Of a stretch of DNA of 64,000 nt, positions 59,814 through 64,000 are shown in pieces. Position 1 is the stretch's first letter. The number at the start of each line of letters is the position of its first letter. The DNA comes from Flavobacteriales bacterium (GTDB lineage Bacteria; Bacteroidota; Bacteroidia; UBA4408): contig JBEIDK010000001.1 in assembly GCA_040383485.1 (NCBI GenBank), forward strand, positions 5,952-69,951. The letters run 5' to 3'. The notes under the pieces are model-generated. The model saw only the letters and a program-made list of their open reading frames with translations. It was not told where the DNA came from and searched no databases. A program made the position numbers and the translations under genes.

Positions 59814-59823
59814 CTTAGAAAAA

Positions 59824-60057
59824 ATGGAAGAGGATATATATGAAATTTCTCCCAATAGTGGAAGATTAAGAAAAAGAATAAGATTTAAAAAACACAGAGT
59901 AAAAAAAAAAAGTTTAGAAAGCAAACTAATTAGCTTTTTTAAGCATCCAATTTTTATATTTATCATTGTAATCGTAACAGGAATATTTCTTTATTTTTCA
60001 TTAGAAACTCCAGTTAAGAAAAGTAGAAAAAGACCAGCCCTACAAGTGTTGATATAA
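59824..60057 (+). CDS. Small single-TM protein with ISPNSGRLRKR motif (paralog 1)
   Basis: YEISPNSGRLRKRIRFKK followed by TM IFIFIIVIVTGIFLYF; 77 aa. Confidence 0.5.
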   Translation: MEEDIYEISPNSGRLRKRIRFKKHRVKKKSLESKLISFFKHPIFIFIIVIVTGIFLYFSLETPVKKSRKRPALQVLI

Positions 60058-60097
60058 ATAAAAGAATTAAAGATAAACTACCTCAAGATTAATTTAT

Positions 60098-60382
60098 ATG
60101 GCAGAATTAAATTCAGGGAAATATAGCATTTCACCAAATAGTGGCAGACTAAGAAAGAGGGTAAAAAAAACCTCATCAGAAGACAAGGGACTTTTTAGAA
60201 AGAGGTTAGATAATTTTTCATACAATAGCAAAATTGTTTTCTTTGTTATGCTAATAATTGTTGGTATATCATTGTATTATGCTTATGAAAAATTTCAAGC
60301 AGAAAAAAAAGAAGCACAACAAAGATACATTCCCAATCCTTATAAAGCTTATTACGACAATTTATCTAGGAAAAAAAAATAA
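60098..60382 (+). CDS. Small single-TM protein with ISPNSGRLRKR motif (paralog 2)
   Basis: YSISPNSGRLRKRVKK followed by TM IVFFVMLIIVGISLYYAY; 94 aa. Ends 3 nt before lgt. Confidence 0.5.
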   Translation: MAELNSGKYSISPNSGRLRKRVKKTSSEDKGLFRKRLDNFSYNSKIVFFVMLIIVGISLYYAYEKFQAEKKEAQQRYIPNPYKAYYDNLSRKKK

Positions 60383-60385
60383 ATA

Positions 60386-61546
60386 ATGTTTCCAACCTTT
60401 AGTGATTTTTTAGCCGAACTTTTTGGCATCAATATTCCATTGCCAATTCAGACCTTTGGATTATTTATGGGTATTGCATTCATTGTAGCAGCTTGGATTT
60501 GGGGCAAAGAACTAACTAGGATATATTCAATTAAGAATATTCAACTTAATTCAAAAAAAATAATCGTAGGCAAGGCGGCAACTATTGAGGAGTATTTAGT
60601 TTCTGGAATATTTGGATTTATTTTAGGATTTAAGGTTCTATATATTATTCTAAATTATAAAATTTTTGTTGCTGATCCTCCAACAGAATTAATATCATTA
60701 AAAGGAAATTTATTAGGAGGAATAATCCTTTCCATCTACTTTATTTATTCAAAATATAGAGAAAGTGAAAAACAGAAACTACCTCAACCAATAGAAAAAA
60801 TTCATTTGATTACTCCAACTGAACATGTTGGTAATATGACCTTAATTGCTGCTATTTTTGGAATACTTGGTGCTAAAATTTTTCATAACTTAGAAAACTT
60901 AAATGAATTTTCTGCTGACCCAATAGGTGCATTGCTATCTTTTAGTGGATTAACATGGTATGGCGGATTAATTCTCGCTACTTCAGCATTATTTTACTAC
61001 TCAAAAAAAAACAAAATATACTTTCCGTATCTTATGGATAGTAGTGCACCAGCACTTATGATTGGTTATGCATTAGGTAGATTCGGTTGCCATTTTTCAG
61101 GTGATGGAGATTGGGGTATAGTAAATGATAAAATAAAACCTAATTGGTTATCGTTTTTACCTGATTGGGCCTGGGCTTATAAATATCCACATAATGTAAT
61201 TAATGAAGGTGTTCCTATTCCTGATTGCATTGGAGCACATTGTATGCAATTAGCTCAATCGGTATATCCAACTCCTTTGTACGAAGCTGTTGCTTGCACC
61301 TTAATGTTTTTTTTGCTTTGGTTCCTACGAAAAAAAATAAAGACTACAGGCTTACTTTTTTCAATATATCTTATGTTTAACGGACTTGAACGTTTTGGAA
61401 TAGAGCTTATAAGAGTTAATACAACCTATAATCTATTAGGCGGTATTACACAAGCTCAAATAATTTCAACTTTGCTTTTTCTCATAGGATTATTTTTTAC
61501 TATTAAATTAATTTTCTTTAAATCAGAAACCCCCGTTATTTCTTAA
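60386..61546 (+). CDS. lgt: Prolipoprotein diacylglyceryl transferase (long form)
   Basis: GRFGCHFSGDGDWG (Lgt signature region) and YPTPLYEAV, polytopic, 386 aa. Confidence 0.75.
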   Translation: MFPTFSDFLAELFGINIPLPIQTFGLFMGIAFIVAAWIWGKELTRIYSIKNIQLNSKKIIVGKAATIEEYLVSGIFGFILGFKVLYIILNYKIFVADPPTELISLKGNLLGGIILSIYFIYSKYRESEKQKLPQPIEKIHLITPTEHVGNMTLIAAIFGILGAKIFHNLENLNEFSADPIGALLSFSGLTWYGGLILATSALFYYSKKNKIYFPYLMDSSAPALMIGYALGRFGCHFSGDGDWGIVNDKIKPNWLSFLPDWAWAYKYPHNVINEGVPIPDCIGAHCMQLAQSVYPTPLYEAVACTLMFFLLWFLRKKIKTTGLLFSIYLMFNGLERFGIELIRVNTTYNLLGGITQAQIISTLLFLIGLFFTIKLIFFKSETPVIS

Positions 61547-63935
61547 TAAAAAAGAATGTTCCATCTTGATGCTCTAGGCCGCTAATCAATCCAAATTTTG
61601 GCTTTTGTTTTTGGCTTGCAGAAACACTTGAAATTACTTTCTCTGTAATTTTATCAATTGAAATGCAATGGTCAGGTGCGAACTTTAAAACATTTGAAAA
61701 TGATTTTGCGAATGTAGAATTGTCTGTTGCACCTTCTCTATCAGATGAGGTTAGAACTTGTGCTGACTTCAACTTTATTGCCTCCCAATCAGTACAATCG
61801 CGTGGCTTACTCTCACCTCTCAACGCTAAATAAAAAGATGTTCCAGCCTCACATGCATCGCTAACAATTAAAGTATGCTCTAACTTATATCTTGTCAAAT
61901 ATCCCTTCAAACTAGTTATTGGAAAATAAGTAAACTCATCAGTTTTATTAGCATCAGTTGGTATCCAGTATCCTGTTTCATTCACATATTTACCATGCCC
62001 AGCATACCATACCATTAACGATTTAATATGACCATTATTAATCATATCTCTCAATTCAATTGAAAAGAATCTTTCCATTTGAGCTTTCGTCATGTTTTGC
62101 TTATGTATAATTTTACTGATATTATAATTCGCTAACGAAGCCTTTAATAATGAAACATCATTCTTAGTACCTTCAAGTGGAGTTAGAGAGGTATAATTTG
62201 AATTTTCTACCATTACAACAATCGTTCTTCCCATTGGGTTTTTGGCCTCTTCCTCTGCTAATTTCCTATTAATAACTAAAAGAATCTGTTTTGTATTTTC
62301 ATAAACATCTGAAGCAATAATGACTATACTATCCAATCCATCAATATCAATAGATGCTGAAAAATTAGGATAAGTATTTTCAGAATTAAAATCTATTTTT
62401 TTACCATTTATACTGATGAATGATATCAAACTTTCATCATCAATTTTACCCTCAACATAAATACTTTTTTGTTTTGGATCATCAGGAATAATCTCTTTAG
62501 TTGAATTGATGTAAGGTTGTTGAATAAATATTTTTGGAGGCACATCTTCTGTTCTAACAATATCCAGTGACTTTTTTGTAGTGTTATTATAAATATCGGT
62601 TACTTCAAGTAACACCTTGTCTTTATTTTCTACTGATACTTTCGCATCAAAATTTGGATTATTAGCCTCTGTATCAAACTTTGCTTCTACCCCATCAATT
62701 GTTATTGATTTTATGTTGCTTTGATCCTTAATACTACCTCTAACAATTCCTTCTTTTTTACTTTTCGATACCTTTAATATATTGGCATTTGAACCATTAG
62801 ATTTTGAAGGGATTTCTATTTCAGGTAAATTAGACTCTTTGTTAAATTCATATTCCTTTTGCTTTGCAATTGCAAGTTGTTCATCAACAATTTTCTTGTT
62901 AAAGCCTAAATCTTTCGACTTAACATATTCTGCTTTTGCCTCAGTATACTTCTCTAAATTTTCGTAACACTTTCCGCGTTGAAAGTAGGCTGCACTAAAT
63001 TTATCGTTTAGTAATATTGTGTTTGTAAGGTCGCCTATTGCATCTTGAATTTTGCCTTGTTGCATTCTAAACAGTGCCCTTTCAAAGTAAGTAACGTAAT
63101 TTTTATCATTTAACTTTATTGAAAGAACAAAATCATTTTCAGCATTAACAATTTCATTTTTAGAAGCAAATAAAATTGCTCTTTGGCAGTAAATATTAGC
63201 ATCACTATCATCAAAGGTAATTGCTGTATTAATATTTTTTAATCCTTCGTCAATTAATCCTTGTTTGCGTTGAGCAACTGCTAAATTTATAAAATAACTT
63301 TTATACTTTTTCCTGTCTTTGCTTTCTTTAAAATCGCGCGATGCAAACATACAGGTAATGCTCTTATAATAATTTTGAATGGCTGCTGAATAATTATGCA
63401 GGCTATCCATAACAACTCCTTTCAAGAAATATGAATATTCATTGTTTTTATTGTTATCAATCGCAAGATTAATCTCTTTAGTAGCCTCATCGAAATTTCC
63501 TTTTACGATATTCTCAATAGCCAATTTTTGACGATAAGAGGTTAACTTATTAATCTCAGAGGTAAGCAATTGAAAAGACTCATCAGCAAAACCATAATTC
63601 TCAGTTTGCAAATAATCTATTAATATTCTTCTTCTTGCTTCAATAGAGTTTGGATTAAGTGCAACATAAATTTGATAATCTTTTATTGCTTCCTCAAATC
63701 TATTCAACTTCTCCAAGCAAAATGCCCTTTCAAAATAAGCTTCTGCATTTGAAGGATTTAAATTAATTTCTTGTGTATAAGTGTTAACAGCTTCTTCGTA
63801 TTTTAGAGCGTCTTTAAATTTACGAGCATCTCCTAAAATGCTGCTAGTATTATTCACTTGAGAAATGCACTCCAATGAAAAAAATGAAACGGCCGTAAAG
63901 GTCAAAAAAATAAGAGTAAAAACTCTTTTAAACAT
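61536..63935 (-). CDS. Secreted TPR-repeat plus Ig-like plus caspase-family (peptidase C14) protein
   Basis: Start set to ATG 63935 (MFKRVFTLIFLTFTAVSFFS signal peptide). There are many TPR motifs. The C-terminal domain carries the caspase His/Cys contexts MVWYAGHG and LIVSDACEAG. Confidence 0.75.
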   Translation of the reverse strand: MFKRVFTLIFLTFTAVSFFSLECISQVNNTSSILGDARKFKDALKYEEAVNTYTQEINLNPSNAEAYFERAFCLEKLNRFEEAIKDYQIYVALNPNSIEARRRILIDYLQTENYGFADESFQLLTSEINKLTSYRQKLAIENIVKGNFDEATKEINLAIDNNKNNEYSYFLKGVVMDSLHNYSAAIQNYYKSITCMFASRDFKESKDRKKYKSYFINLAVAQRKQGLIDEGLKNINTAITFDDSDANIYCQRAILFASKNEIVNAENDFVLSIKLNDKNYVTYFERALFRMQQGKIQDAIGDLTNTILLNDKFSAAYFQRGKCYENLEKYTEAKAEYVKSKDLGFNKKIVDEQLAIAKQKEYEFNKESNLPEIEIPSKSNGSNANILKVSKSKKEGIVRGSIKDQSNIKSITIDGVEAKFDTEANNPNFDAKVSVENKDKVLLEVTDIYNNTTKKSLDIVRTEDVPPKIFIQQPYINSTKEIIPDDPKQKSIYVEGKIDDESLISFISINGKKIDFNSENTYPNFSASIDIDGLDSIVIIASDVYENTKQILLVINRKLAEEEAKNPMGRTIVVMVENSNYTSLTPLEGTKNDVSLLKASLANYNISKIIHKQNMTKAQMERFFSIELRDMINNGHIKSLMVWYAGHGKYVNETGYWIPTDANKTDEFTYFPITSLKGYLTRYKLEHTLIVSDACEAGTSFYLALRGESKPRDCTDWEAIKLKSAQVLTSSDREGATDNSTFAKSFSNVLKFAPDHCISIDKITEKVISSVSASQKQKPKFGLISGLEHQDGTFFFIKK

Positions 63936-64000
63936 CTTTAAAAATTGATAAATAAATAACAAGCAAAAATAGATTTTCTATCATTCTGTTTCGCACTAAG

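Noticed and set aside
61536-63962. TPR-caspase protein considered as a gasdermin-type or other anti-phage defence protease
   Set aside because: It has a clear N-terminal signal peptide, and no gasdermin-like or other defence gene is adjacent within the window (lgt is convergent). The upstream side lies beyond the window edge and cannot be judged.
1-64000. Search for CRISPR arrays, tRNA/rRNA genes, IS elements, integrases and prophage blocks
   Set aside because: I found no regularly spaced direct repeats, no tRNA-like GC-rich cloverleaf segments (no GGTTCGAATCC-type T-arm), no transposase- or integrase-like ORFs, and no phage structural genes in any frame I inspected.

Overview
Visibly AT-rich chromosomal segment that looks like Bacteroidota, probably Flavobacteriia-like. 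The taxon call rests on several proteins ending in T9SS-type C-terminal sorting domains (FPNPANSE...GIYxV...), Bacteroidota-typical small families (DUF3467-, DUF4293- and DUF4834-like), a bacterial GH3-family gene, and several TTG/GTG starts. All family names are recalled from motifs and need an HMM search to confirm.

Most of the window is housekeeping: sucB, feoAB, sufS, hemE, ispH, priA, a uvrD/pcrA-like helicase, acnA, tgt, mtaB, lgt, a cyclophilin and an aminotransferase. Secreted or surface proteins and small signalling modules are interspersed among them. I found no rRNA, tRNA, CRISPR array, transposase or integrase.

Observations most worth follow-up:
1. A 445-bp hicAB cassette sits inside the 3' end of aconitase. 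It is bracketed by an imperfect ~84-nt direct repeat, and the displaced old gene end and its terminator are still visible. hicA is frameshifted.
2. A SiaB/SiaC-like partner-switch pair has no SiaA or SiaD partner in the window. A second, orphan SiaC-like gene lies divergent from a LexA/CI-type (XRE+S24) repressor, with palindromic operators between them.
3. A plus-strand cluster encodes an extended YidD-like protein, two TPR/PGLG-membrane paralogs (the second split at an A10 tract), and a sigma-54 activator with no DNA-binding domain.
4. A CxxCH-bearing T9SS cargo protein is paired with a two-motif (CX4CH + CxxCH) lipoprotein.
5. An 80-aa poly-proline protein has an exosortase-like tripartite C-terminus.
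6. A GH3-family gene carries an in-frame TAA.
7. A ureohydrolase-fold protein with degenerate metal-ligand motifs lies between sucB and an SSAT-like GNAT.

All coordinates I derived by hand were anchored to the ORF track where possible. Those without an anchor may be off by 1 nt.
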